A stretch of DNA of 64,000 nucleotides from a virus. The notes below the pieces were generated by a model, which did not search any database, was not told where the DNA came from, and saw nothing but the letters and a program-made list of their open reading frames with translations. The stretch lies in IMG/VR virus record IMGVR_UViG_3300005581_000008, positions 2,862 to 66,861 of that record; one strand, written 5' to 3'. How positions within the stretch are numbered: position 1 is the stretch's first letter; the number at the start of each line of letters is the position of its first letter. The translations under genes were made by a program, and so were the position numbers. Below are positions 38,067 to 48,885 of the stretch, in pieces.

Positions 38067-41000
38067 TATGCGCAAGAGATTACACGAAGATCTTTAATTC
38101 TTGGTACTTCTGAACTATTAGTAGACTTCATTACAATCTTTAATTTAACAGCATCATAAGTTTCCATATCTTTCTTAGAGAAAGATGCGTCTACAAATCT
38201 ACCAGTACTATTGCTATAATAAGGAATAGTTGTGTCTGGAGTCATTTGGGTAAACGGAATAGAATCCCACTCTGTGGTAGAACCAACTGGTGATGTTTTA
38301 TACCAAACTTCAACACCTGCTTCTACTGGAAGATTAATAGCAAATTTAACTCTTAAGAAAGTAGAAGCATTTGCTAAATTAACTTTCTTAGTTACATATT
38401 TACTATAAGAAGAAGAATTATCTGGAGCAGTTTCTGCCACGAATCTCTCTTTCTGTTTAATCATTATAGCATTAGCTCCAACTGCTTCAGTGGTAAATGT
38501 TAAACCATCAGTTCTACTAACAGTTGTTGTAACAGTATAATATTTAATACCAGTGACAGCAGCCAAAGTTAATGCAGCGTTTGCAGTTAGAGTGATTGTA
38601 GTTGCAGTAACTGCAAGAACAGTTCCGATAAATGTAGAACCTTGGAATAACGCAAAGCCAATTTTCACACCATCTGAAACAAAGTTAGTTCCTGTCACAG
38701 CTGTACTACTAGAACTAGAAGTAAATGTACCAGTTAATGCCGTTCCACCATCAATAGAAGTAGAAGATACTAAGAATGTACCATTATTATCAGCATTTGA
38801 CGAACCAGAAACAGTAATATACTTACCAACAGTCACACCAAACATGGCACCATGTCTTGTGTTAATTTGAGTTCCACTGAAAGATACGGCACTAGAACCA
38901 AGGAATGATCCACCGTAATTTCCAATTAGAACATTATCATCAAGATTTGCTACATTTAGGTTATCTGATGTTGGGCTGTTAATTTTATTATTAATTGTAA
39001 TTAAGCTAGTTCTATGTGTATCTAGAATAGGTGATAGTGCTGCATTGCTACTGCTAAACTGGCAGTTTAAATACATAGATTTAATACCAGAACTCCATCC
39101 AGAATTAGCAGGAAGTTCATTAATTTCAGAAGCTACCATTTTTGGAGCAAAGAAATTATTAGTTTCATTTACGAGAATAGATTCATATGTCAAAGTCTCT
39201 GGAGTCACATAAGCAACCTGAGAACTATTATCTACTGCTTTACCAGTAGTTGCTTTAAAACCAAACTCAATTGGAGTTTCAGAGAAAGACTGAATTTGAA
39301 TTGCTGGTTGAATTGCATCAAACTGAATATTTCTGGTAGCCTTAACTGTTGATCCGCCAGAATAACCAGATGAAGTTGCAGTACCGCCAGCAATAGTGAT
39401 AACATAGCTATCTAAATCTACATCGCTAATAGTATGAGTACTATTAAATAATGCAAATGCGATTCCATTAACATTGGCAGTAACTCCACTAATAGTTACC
39501 TTTGATCCAGATGGCATACCATGATTTGTATGCCAGACACGAACCTTATTATTAGTTACATTGGGTGTTACTCTAGTTTCAAATGGATCATAATCTAAAG
39601 TTTGTAGCGGAACAACATCGTTAATGTATTCAACATTAGATAATACATCAGTTCTAAAGTTTGCACGATAGATTGCAAATTTAAGATCTTGTGATTGATC
39701 CGCTGTCCAAGTAGAAGCATTCTGAGATTTAAATAACGAACCAAGATATGGTTGCTCAGAAATAGTTCTACTAGTTCCTACCATTAATTCACCAACTTGA
39801 GAGATCCAAACATTATATGAATTACAATCAGAAGCTAGAACTATACAGTATTCTGTATTTTCTGCAACATAAACTGGAGATGGGAATGTGAAAGTTGTTG
39901 GTGTATCCCACTTATTAACTTCTACATCATCTAGTGTAACAGTTTGAGTTGAAATATTAACTTGTTCTGGTTTTAATGTTACACGAGAAAATGGTAATAC
40001 TCGTTTTCCTGGATAACCATTAACAACCTCACGAAGTTCTAACATAACAGGAATTTTTGTATCTTTAGTAGCAAAGAATACATCAACTTTAGATAAGAAA
40101 CACCCACCCTTAACATCAATTAAGAATGTTTGCGCAAGCGGATCCCACCATCCAGTATCTGCTACAACTCGTTCAGATGATTGAATAATAACTTGGTTAT
40201 CACTCAACTGTTCTTCAACTAACTGTGCATTTCTAACAGAATGTATAGTTGTTTCACGAGTTTCTAAAATACCCTCTGCACGATAATTTGCTCTTGCACG
40301 AGATGTGAATAGTCCATCTGCAGTAGTAACATCAACTAATTTTAGTTCACGAGTACCGCAACGGAATCTTATTGATTCTGTATTTGGAATATTAAAGAGT
40401 AACTGAACATCACCATTAAAATTAGATACTAAAGGAGTGCCTTGTGCATTAGATGTTAAAGATGTAAATGTACCAGTCGCTAAAGAATTTGAACCAGTAA
40501 TAATATCAGAAGCGACGAATGTTCCTTGAACATTAACTACATACAAAGAATACGCATTTGATGTAGCGTCTGGATCAAAATCTTTACCAACTACTACTGC
40601 AGTCGCAAGAGAAACTGATCCTGTAATAACATCACCACGATTTAAACATACTTGTGAATCACCACTAATTCTTCGAGCAGTTCCAGAAGCACTGCTACCC
40701 ACATTAACATCAATATTAAAAGCACCACTTGTTGGTGTATAAACTAGTTTAGATGCTGGTGTACAATAAGCAGAAATATCCACACCATCAAAGAATGGAT
40801 AGAAACGAGTGTTTGGTTTTAACTTTTGAATCTGTATAAGAATGTTTCTTGAACGAATGTACGGAAGAGCAGCAGTAGAAAGAACACGATCTCCAATAAT
40901 TTGTCTGTCAATTTTTTGCACTAAAGATGTTTTGATACCAGTTCTTGATTGTCCAACTTCAGTTGCAGTAGACTCAACAGTAATCTGACGAGCATTACCC

Positions 41001-44000
41001 CAGCCAACACCACCGAATTTTGCATTGGCTTCTGCTTGTGATAAACGAACATCACCAAAACCAGAAGCCCATTCTCTACCAAATGTATATTTAATATTAC
41101 TATTAGTAGAAGCACCAGACCACTGAGTTTGCCACGCATTCCATATTGTTCCCAATACACCAGATTTTTCGGCAATATTTTTTACAGTAGTAAAGTTACC
41201 TTCAACATCGATAACTAAATCTGGGCGACGATCAATCTCAAACCAATCATCAGATGATGGATTAATTTTAACATCACCGAGGAAAGTGAATACAGCAAAT
41301 GGGTTAATATTTTCTAAACGAGAAGCATATGGTTGATCAATTATTTTAACATGTGGTACAGTTGTGTTTAGAGGTAATGTAATAACATCACCATACAATT
41401 TGTAATTAGCACTAGTTCTTTGAGAATCAATATTATTTTTCTCTAATAAATTTATGTTGTTCATTGAATAGAATGGGCGCAGTTCAGCGTTTTCCATATC
41501 AATGGAGCACATATAATCTGGAGATAATGTATCACCAGTAGCGTGTCCTGTAAATCCGTCTACGATAAATCCATTTTTAAATCTAGTATTACCAGTAGAA
41601 TCTACAATGTTTAATGATTCTGTTTGTTGTTCTAGTAATGATAGAGATGTATAATACTCAAGATTGTCAATTCTTTTTTCTAGTTTACCGATATCACGCA
41701 TAGTGTATCGTTTGTTATCAATTCTATTAATTTGAACATTATTACTATTAGTTCCAAATGTGTATGGTTCTAAAGTCAATGTATATAAAACTAATCCAAG
41801 AGTAGGATCTAGTGGTTCACCTGGATTTAATGATGACACTCCATCAATCGGGAAAAATTCACCAGCAAAGTCTACCGCAATTTTAGTTTTTCTAGAAAGA
41901 TAGTATGAATAATGAGTGATAAAATCAATACCTCTTTTAGGTACTAATGTGTTTGTAGAGCTAAATGTTAATCCACTATCAGCAATAATTGGTCTAAAAT
42001 CTACACAGTCTCTTAAAGACACACCCATAAATGATGGGATATTTGTGTAACTAACTTGCCCTGCAACATAAGAGTCAACAGTACAATAGTCGCCAGCATC
42101 ATGCGTAAAGTAATCAAATGTTACTTCAATTGGTGCTTCTGGTGGGGCATAAGAATTCTTAAGAACTAATCTGGCTAGATCATAGTGAGTGTGTCTTTGT
42201 CCGTTATCCCAGTCATAACGATCTGAAATATCAATAGTGTATCCACCAGTTGGAGCAGAGAATGTTCCGCTTCTCATTTTAACAGAGACTAGTCGATATC
42301 CATCTGCCTTACCCAATAGTACTTCTGTAGCCTGTGCTTCACCTTGTGCAGTGAATGTTGCGACAGCTGATGGAACTAGCGTTTTAGTTTTTCTAGTGAC
42401 ATTGGCACCAGTTTTGTTAATTGCACAAATAAGCGTAATGTTATTACTACTAGATACACCACCAGTAAATGATACTGTGATAGATACAGTTCCAGTACCA
42501 GTAATACTATACTGAGATGTAGAAAGAACTGTACCAGTACTAGAGTTAACAATAATGTAGTTATCAGTGTCTGCAGTTGATGCGAATGTTGCGCCACTAT
42601 TAACTGTAAATGTTAGAGAAGAACCAGTATATGTCGATGAAAATCTTTGGTATACTGTGTAGTTAGAAATTGTAGAACCATCTGCAGCTTTTACAGATTT
42701 AATTGCAAATTGAGGTAACTGATACACCAATGATGTAGATTCTGGTTCAATAATCTTAGTAGATAATCTATCCGCAGTTTTATCTACGATAGTAATTGAA
42801 GAATCTACTTCCATTTGATCTTGTGCTGTCACAGCAATAACTCTGCGTTGAGTTCCACCGAAAGAAACAATATCACCAGCAATAAAATCTGTCTGGAATG
42901 TTGTACCAGAACCTTTAATGAAAACACCTGCTGCTGGAGTTGTAGAACCGCTGGTTGCTACAGAAGTTCCAGAACCACGAGTTATAGTTAATATCGGATT
43001 AATATCTGCACTGAAACTTGTAGCAGCAGAACCACCACTAAAGAAGAACGATTTTACTTTACGGTTAAAGTCAAAGTTACCATTCATCTTAACATCGAAT
43101 AAAGATAGTTTATAGATGGCTGTTGCAGATCCTGGATTAGAACCACTGTCCCATTCAATAAAACGAACTCGTGCAGTTCCAACTGCAGTTGCTCCACTTG
43201 GTGCAGTACCGCCAGTAACAACTGGTCTATCATACAATGTAACAGAAGAATAATCTCCGATCGGAGGAGCACCCCAGAGATTGGTAATTGTTGCATAGTT
43301 ACCAACAGTAGTTTGTAATGCCTGAGAAGTTACTTGAATACTTTCTCTGGCTTTTTCTACTGTCACATAACTGGTTGATGGTTTTTCAATTTCATAACCT
43401 TGAACATACGCTTTTCCAGGCTCTAAACCAATTGCCAATTTTTTTTCGTTGAGTAGGTTAGCTGCTACATCTTGAGCATCAGATGGTGCAAATACACCAC
43501 GATTATAGAATGGTGACGAATTCCATTCCCATGTAACACCTGTTCCTGAACCATCTTGAGCAACACCAGATGTGTGGATAGGACCAGGAGTTGCTGCGCC
43601 ATTATTAACAGATTGTGCATTATCTTTAGCAACATAAGTGTTGCCATTATTTGTAACAACATCACCTGTTATGTAATATTTTGCAGCTGCCCATGCACCA
43701 CGATTATTGTTTCTATATTCACGAACATCGATTTCAAAATTCTTAACAGTATAATTACCAGACTCATCATAAGTTCGGTGAGCAAATTCTTGTTGCAGGA
43801 TAGAATATTCTGTTCGGTTTGTACCACGCTGGATGGCACCATCGCCAGTTCTAATTAACTCAATAAAGTCAATATCAATGACGCTATCCAATGAAAATTT
43901 AGTTAGCGTTGCAGCAATAGAATAACGATGCGCACCTGGAGCAGCATAGTTAAATGAATTCTGTGCGTTATCGAATAGAGTTTCGTCTTCTTCAGAAGTT

Positions 44001-44632
44001 AGAATAGATTCAGTTGCAACAAGACCAATACGATATGTTGGAGTATTGCTATATTTGTCTAAAATAATTATCTGTGGCTCAACTAGAACAAAGTGCCCTT
44101 TAATGTAATAAACACCAAGTTTGATTTCTGCAATAGAACCAACACCAACTGGAGAAGATGCTAATGCTTGTACTGAACTAATTTCTGTATCTACATCAGT
44201 TAAAATATCTGATGCTGCAAACACTTTGCTTGTTCCAGTGCTACCAGAATTTTTATATTTTACAAATAAGGTAGGAGGATCACCAGCTTGTGATGCAGAA
44301 TAATGGGTAACTTGTGCTTGCAAGCCACCCGCATTTTGAATAACTTTACCAACATAAGATGCTACGACAGTATCTGCTTGGATAGAATTATAAGAAGATT
44401 CTAATTTAACATATCCGATAGTAGTATCAACAGAAGAATTACCAGGAATGACCATGGCTCCTTCTTTGAATACATGAGATCCAAAACGAGTGATTTGTTT
44501 CTGCAGAATAGTCTGCATTTGAGTAAGTTCTCTCGCCTGAACAGCAAATGTTGGGCGATACAAGATTTTATAAAACTTCTTAGTTTCGTCAAAATCGTCG
44601 TAGTAAGGTTCAGTATTAAAGTCGATGGCCAT
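38066..44632 (-). CDS. Very large baseplate-associated virion protein (VrlC/DUF4815-like)
   Basis: PYYDDFD...VQARELTQMQ; RTYDESGNY; RYTMRDIGKLEKRIDNLEYYTSLSLLE; DPLAQTF; GSLFKSQNASTW. Confidence 0.85.
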   Translation of the reverse strand: MAIDFNTEPYYDDFDETKKFYKILYRPTFAVQARELTQMQTILQKQITRFGSHVFKEGAMVIPGNSSVDTTIGYVKLESSYNSIQADTVVASYVGKVIQNAGGLQAQVTHYSASQAGDPPTLFVKYKNSGSTGTSKVFAASDILTDVDTEISSVQALASSPVGVGSIAEIKLGVYYIKGHFVLVEPQIIILDKYSNTPTYRIGLVATESILTSEEDETLFDNAQNSFNYAAPGAHRYSIAATLTKFSLDSVIDIDFIELIRTGDGAIQRGTNRTEYSILQQEFAHRTYDESGNYTVKNFEIDVREYRNNNRGAWAAAKYYITGDVVTNNGNTYVAKDNAQSVNNGAATPGPIHTSGVAQDGSGTGVTWEWNSSPFYNRGVFAPSDAQDVAANLLNEKKLAIGLEPGKAYVQGYEIEKPSTSYVTVEKARESIQVTSQALQTTVGNYATITNLWGAPPIGDYSSVTLYDRPVVTGGTAPSGATAVGTARVRFIEWDSGSNPGSATAIYKLSLFDVKMNGNFDFNRKVKSFFFSGGSAATSFSADINPILTITRGSGTSVATSGSTTPAAGVFIKGSGTTFQTDFIAGDIVSFGGTQRRVIAVTAQDQMEVDSSITIVDKTADRLSTKIIEPESTSLVYQLPQFAIKSVKAADGSTISNYTVYQRFSSTYTGSSLTFTVNSGATFASTADTDNYIIVNSSTGTVLSTSQYSITGTGTVSITVSFTGGVSSSNNITLICAINKTGANVTRKTKTLVPSAVATFTAQGEAQATEVLLGKADGYRLVSVKMRSGTFSAPTGGYTIDISDRYDWDNGQRHTHYDLARLVLKNSYAPPEAPIEVTFDYFTHDAGDYCTVDSYVAGQVSYTNIPSFMGVSLRDCVDFRPIIADSGLTFSSTNTLVPKRGIDFITHYSYYLSRKTKIAVDFAGEFFPIDGVSSLNPGEPLDPTLGLVLYTLTLEPYTFGTNSNNVQINRIDNKRYTMRDIGKLEKRIDNLEYYTSLSLLEQQTESLNIVDSTGNTRFKNGFIVDGFTGHATGDTLSPDYMCSIDMENAELRPFYSMNNINLLEKNNIDSQRTSANYKLYGDVITLPLNTTVPHVKIIDQPYASRLENINPFAVFTFLGDVKINPSSDDWFEIDRRPDLVIDVEGNFTTVKNIAEKSGVLGTIWNAWQTQWSGASTNSNIKYTFGREWASGFGDVRLSQAEANAKFGGVGWGNARQITVESTATEVGQSRTGIKTSLVQKIDRQIIGDRVLSTAALPYIRSRNILIQIQKLKPNTRFYPFFDGVDISAYCTPASKLVYTPTSGAFNIDVNVGSSASGTARRISGDSQVCLNRGDVITGSVSLATAVVVGKDFDPDATSNAYSLYVVNVQGTFVASDIITGSNSLATGTFTSLTSNAQGTPLVSNFNGDVQLLFNIPNTESIRFRCGTRELKLVDVTTADGLFTSRARANYRAEGILETRETTIHSVRNAQLVEEQLSDNQVIIQSSERVVADTGWWDPLAQTFLIDVKGGCFLSKVDVFFATKDTKIPVMLELREVVNGYPGKRVLPFSRVTLKPEQVNISTQTVTLDDVEVNKWDTPTTFTFPSPVYVAENTEYCIVLASDCNSYNVWISQVGELMVGTSRTISEQPYLGSLFKSQNASTWTADQSQDLKFAIYRANFRTDVLSNVEYINDVVPLQTLDYDPFETRVTPNVTNNKVRVWHTNHGMPSGSKVTISGVTANVNGIAFALFNSTHTISDVDLDSYVITIAGGTATSSGYSGGSTVKATRNIQFDAIQPAIQIQSFSETPIEFGFKATTGKAVDNSSQVAYVTPETLTYESILVNETNNFFAPKMVASEINELPANSGWSSGIKSMYLNCQFSSSNAALSPILDTHRTSLITINNKINSPTSDNLNVANLDDNVLIGNYGGSFLGSSAVSFSGTQINTRHGAMFGVTVGKYITVSGSSNADNNGTFLVSSTSIDGGTALTGTFTSSSSSTAVTGTNFVSDGVKIGFALFQGSTFIGTVLAVTATTITLTANAALTLAAVTGIKYYTVTTTVSRTDGLTFTTEAVGANAIMIKQKERFVAETAPDNSSSYSKYVTKKVNLANASTFLRVKFAINLPVEAGVEVWYKTSPVGSTTEWDSIPFTQMTPDTTIPYYSNSTGRFVDASFSKKDMETYDAVKLKIVMKSTNSSEVPRIKDLRVISCA

Positions 44633-44660
44633 TGTTTTAATCTTCTCTTGGTTAGTTCTC

Positions 44661-44667
44661 TATTTAG
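44661..44667 (-). promoter_or_regulatory. Late promoter (CTAAATA)
   Basis: In the 35-nt gap upstream of the 2188-aa gene; the last intergenic late promoter seen before the radical SAM cassette. Confidence 0.6.
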
Positions 44668-47600
44668 TTAGAATCTTATAACAGTTCTAAGCGTCACAGT
44701 CTCATCATCAGATGGAGTAAATCCAGCTTTATTGTCAATAAACATTAACTGTCCAGAATATTTATCCACTGTTGGTGATGTTACATTAGTAGCAGTAAAG
44801 GTTTGTGATGCAGCATTAGTGAAAGTATCGTTCAATTGTGGGACATCATTATCTAAAGATTGAATTAATACTGAGTTTGAAGTAGATGAAACTACTCTAT
44901 ATTTTCTATAATATGTAGTTCCACTAACACTTCTTGCTACAGTACAATTTGTATCTTTGGGGAAATATGTTGTGTTAATAGATCCCTGTAATAAGAAACA
45001 TCCTGATCCAATAACATTCTGATAACGAGTATTATCTAAGAATGATCTTGGGTTTTTAATAATACCCAGTTGTCGATAATCGTTGTTAACGGTAACACCT
45101 TGATTTAAATCGTTTGATACATTAGAATAAAACATTAATGTTCTAGCAAATAATTCATCAGGAGCATTTTTACCGTGTCCACCGTAAGGAGAAATAATTG
45201 CTCTAGCAGTTCCAGCTTTTCCATTACCTGCTATTACAATATCTGCCCATGTATAATTTTGTCCAGGATTTGTTATATTTATTTTAGTTATTCTACCTGT
45301 GGCAGTATTAATAGAAGCTGTGGCTGTTGCGCCAGTGCCATCTCCATTAATTGTAATAGTAGCCACACCATAACCATATCCACCAGAAATTAACTTAACT
45401 GCATTAATAGTCCCAGCAGTTGTTAAAATCTCATTATTAGCCTGCAAAGATTTAATATCTCCAAGATTTAAATCTGCTTGCATAGTGGCATTAGTTCCTG
45501 TACCAGAAACCGCAAGAGTTGCTGCAGTATATCCAGTACCAGCATTTTCAACAGTAACTCCAACTACCTGCCCACCATCAATAATAGGTAATAATTTAGC
45601 ATTTGATTTGTCAACATTAACAACACCTACTACACCAGAACCTTGATCAACACTAGTGAATGTTATTGATGGGTTAGTAGAATAACCAGCACCGAACCTA
45701 CGAATTGCAGACCCAGATGCAGCAATTCCAGCATAAGTTAAAATAACATCACCACTGGTAGCTGTACCACTAGTATGTGATGGAGCGACAGTACCTAATT
45801 TAGATACTAGTAAATTCTGATATTGATATACAGTATCGTTTGCGCTACCAACAATATACATATATGCATTGGTTGGATGCAGTGCAAGACCAGAACCAGT
45901 GCTCTCAAGCCCACCAATATAAAACTGATTTGTATATAGTGCAGTAGCAACTGAATTGGCAGTACCTAAAGTATACTGGTAAATATAGTCAGTAGTTGCA
46001 TCAGTAACTAACATGTTTTTACCATCAGCAGTAACAGCAATATCTACTGGGTTAGTAGTTTGACTCGCAACGCTAAAAGATGTACTATATGTGGCAGTAG
46101 TAATAGTCCAAGCTGTACCTAGCGTATATTGAAAAATAGCATCGGCAGTTGCGCCAACTAACCACATTTTTGTTCCATCAGCACTAAATGCTAAACCACC
46201 AGTAGTAGTATCTTCAGCAGCAATAGAAAATGTGGCAGATGTAGTTAGCGCAGAAGTTGAGATAGTCCAAGCAGTGGCCAGTGTATATTCTTGAACCAAG
46301 TCAGCAGACTGTCCAACAACAAACATCTTTAATCCATCGCTGGAGAATGCAATACCTACTGGAACAGTTTCTGTGGCTAGTGCTCCAGATTCATATGAGA
46401 ATACTGCAGTAGATACATCCCATGCTGAAGAAAGATTATAAACAATCACATTATTATCAGTATCTCCAAGAACAAACATCTTTGTTCCATCAGTTGAGAA
46501 TGCTAAACACGATGGAGCAGTATCTCTTGCAGTAACAGAAACTGATTTACCTGTATAAGTTGCTTGTGTAATATTTAATTGAGTACCAGCAGTTGTAACA
46601 GTATATAATCTATTACTAGCAAAAATTTGGTCAGAAAGTTGAACCTGTCCTTCTGAAGACCATGCAGTTCCAAAAGTTACAGTTGGGTCGCTAGAATAGT
46701 TATCTCCAATATTTGTAACAGTAGCATATAAAACACTACCAGAAACAGTATTCATTTTAACAACTGCAGTTGCTCCAGAACCACCACCACCAGAAAAATT
46801 AACTGTAGGTGGTGTAGTATATCCAGTTCCTGCAGAAGTTAAATTAATTTCTCTAACTGCTCCAACTGGTGTTACGCCAGAAACAAATCCACTGGTAACA
46901 GTAACAGTAGATGTTCCAGTTGCGGCAGACATAGTTTTAGCAGTGCCACCAATACTAGCAGTAATAGTTAAAGTTGTAGAATTAGGTACAGTTAAAATGT
47001 AGTAAGTAGTTCCAGAAACAATAGTGCCAATAGTTGTACCAAATACAATGCGCTGACCAGCATAAAAACCTGCAGTAGAACTAACAGTTATAAGATTTGT
47101 AGTCAGTGCAGTAGAAACTGTTCCAGAAGCTAAAGATATAGTGCTAGTTCCAAGAGTAGCAGTTCCTTTTGCTCGTGTACCAACATACTTTAAAGAAGCA
47201 GTTCCATTTTTAACAATTCCAAATCGGTGTGTTGGTTCTAGTGCTGATAAAGTTCCTGGAGAATATATCTCAAAGAAATCGCCAACAGAGTTATATAATT
47301 TTTGCCCAATGATAACTCCACTATTAGCAATGAATAGAGTTGCACTGTTAATAGGATCACCGAAAGTTACAGTTGGTGCAGTGAAATAATTAATACCAGC
47401 CGAGGTAATAGTTACTGGAGTTACAGTGTTTAAGAATACTGGATCTTCTTCTCGGTAACCATCACCAGTTACTGAAATTGATGCTCCAGTGTATCCAGTA
47501 CCTTTATTGGTAATTGCGATACTATCTAAACTACCATTTGAGTAAAATTGGTTTGTTAATGCTGAAGAAACTGGAATTTGTTCTGCGCTTAAGAATTTGT

Positions 47601-48369
47601 TTCTCAAATTGATAGGCACATTATACATATACTTCCAGATGTATCCATCTGAAGTAGTAATAGGAGTTACAGATGTTCCAGAAGGTTTTACTATAGAAAA
47701 AGAATTATTATTATTGTCTAGACATTTGTATACATTATAATCATCTGTCATAACATAAAAGATAGTATCTTCAATATTATTTTCACCAGAGTAAGACAGG
47801 TTTAATATTGCTTGTAAGTTTGCTCCAGAACCACCAGAACCACCAGTGACTGTTACAGTAGGAACAGAAGTATATCCAATTCCTCTTGAAACTAAATCAA
47901 CACCAATAATCTGACCATCTAAAACAACTGGAGTATATTCTGCACCAGTTCCACCACCACCAGTTATTGTAATAGTTGGAAGAGTATTATAACTAGAACC
48001 CCCAGAAATAATATCGATACCAATAATTTGATTGCAATACTCGTCATCGTACATATCATATACAACACCTGATATCCAATCATATCTTGGGATAACAAAA
48101 CATACATCTGATGGACCAATTTGCTTCATAGTGATAATTTCACTACGAACTGCTCTTTCATAAGCATAGCTATCGATAGGATAAGGTGGAGCAGTTTCAT
48201 CATCCCAAGCTAATGTTTTACCCAAGAAATAATAGTAATTAGAACTTCTTGTTACCACATCTCTGTATACACCTTCTGCAAGAGATTTGTGCAGAATAGT
48301 TTTTATTAGAGATGAAGATGATGTTGTACCACTACTTGGTGGAACTATCGAAGATGAAGAAGCTACCAT
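44668..48369 (-). CDS. Baseplate wedge protein (gp8-like) with large insertions
   Basis: YYYFLGK, VIPRYDWISG, YNVYKCLDNN, DGYIWKYMY, GGHG, DYRQLGIIKNP; beta-propeller insert. Confidence 0.8.
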   Translation of the reverse strand: MVASSSSIVPPSSGTTSSSSLIKTILHKSLAEGVYRDVVTRSSNYYYFLGKTLAWDDETAPPYPIDSYAYERAVRSEIITMKQIGPSDVCFVIPRYDWISGVVYDMYDDEYCNQIIGIDIISGGSSYNTLPTITITGGGGTGAEYTPVVLDGQIIGVDLVSRGIGYTSVPTVTVTGGSGGSGANLQAILNLSYSGENNIEDTIFYVMTDDYNVYKCLDNNNNSFSIVKPSGTSVTPITTSDGYIWKYMYNVPINLRNKFLSAEQIPVSSALTNQFYSNGSLDSIAITNKGTGYTGASISVTGDGYREEDPVFLNTVTPVTITSAGINYFTAPTVTFGDPINSATLFIANSGVIIGQKLYNSVGDFFEIYSPGTLSALEPTHRFGIVKNGTASLKYVGTRAKGTATLGTSTISLASGTVSTALTTNLITVSSTAGFYAGQRIVFGTTIGTIVSGTTYYILTVPNSTTLTITASIGGTAKTMSAATGTSTVTVTSGFVSGVTPVGAVREINLTSAGTGYTTPPTVNFSGGGGSGATAVVKMNTVSGSVLYATVTNIGDNYSSDPTVTFGTAWSSEGQVQLSDQIFASNRLYTVTTAGTQLNITQATYTGKSVSVTARDTAPSCLAFSTDGTKMFVLGDTDNNVIVYNLSSAWDVSTAVFSYESGALATETVPVGIAFSSDGLKMFVVGQSADLVQEYTLATAWTISTSALTTSATFSIAAEDTTTGGLAFSADGTKMWLVGATADAIFQYTLGTAWTITTATYSTSFSVASQTTNPVDIAVTADGKNMLVTDATTDYIYQYTLGTANSVATALYTNQFYIGGLESTGSGLALHPTNAYMYIVGSANDTVYQYQNLLVSKLGTVAPSHTSGTATSGDVILTYAGIAASGSAIRRFGAGYSTNPSITFTSVDQGSGVVGVVNVDKSNAKLLPIIDGGQVVGVTVENAGTGYTAATLAVSGTGTNATMQADLNLGDIKSLQANNEILTTAGTINAVKLISGGYGYGVATITINGDGTGATATASINTATGRITKINITNPGQNYTWADIVIAGNGKAGTARAIISPYGGHGKNAPDELFARTLMFYSNVSNDLNQGVTVNNDYRQLGIIKNPRSFLDNTRYQNVIGSGCFLLQGSINTTYFPKDTNCTVARSVSGTTYYRKYRVVSSTSNSVLIQSLDNDVPQLNDTFTNAASQTFTATNVTSPTVDKYSGQLMFIDNKAGFTPSDDETVTLRTVIRF

Positions 48370-48397
48370 TTACTCTACCCTAAATGTAAAAAGTTGA

Positions 48398-48865
48398 TTA
48401 ACCTACAGTAACAACCCATGTTACAGCGATAGTATCACCAGCTGATTTACCAACAGATGGGAATGTAGTACGGCAAAGCATTGTACCTGCGCCAGCAGTA
48501 CCTGAGTTAAATACAGCTGCTTCCTGAATACCAGGAGATGTAGAAGTACCAGTACCAGCTGGGAATGTAGCAGTAAAAGTAACTGTATTAGTTGATGTAG
48601 AAGATGAGCATGATACACGACCAACTTCTGCGATTAACTGTGCCTGAGCAGCGTCTGGTGTAGTTGCACTAGTACCAATAGCCATGTGAGTCATAGAAAC
48701 TGGTGAGTTGGTAGTAGCAATTATCTTAGATGCGATAAAAGTCTTACCTGAGGTAACTACCAAGTTTGGCACTTCAAACTCACGAATTGTTTCACCTGCT
48801 GCATTACGATGAAGGATTTTAACCATTCCAGTTGCAGCGATATTGTCTTTATTAAATTGTTCCAT
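48398..48865 (-). CDS. Virion structural protein
   Basis: NLVVTSG, MAIGT, ATFPAG, EAAVFN...MLCR; located in the baseplate block. Confidence 0.65.
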   Translation of the reverse strand: MEQFNKDNIAATGMVKILHRNAAGETIREFEVPNLVVTSGKTFIASKIIATTNSPVSMTHMAIGTSATTPDAAQAQLIAEVGRVSCSSSTSTNTVTFTATFPAGTGTSTSPGIQEAAVFNSGTAGAGTMLCRTTFPSVGKSAGDTIAVTWVVTVG

Positions 48866-48885
48866 AAATTTCTCCTATTGAGGTT

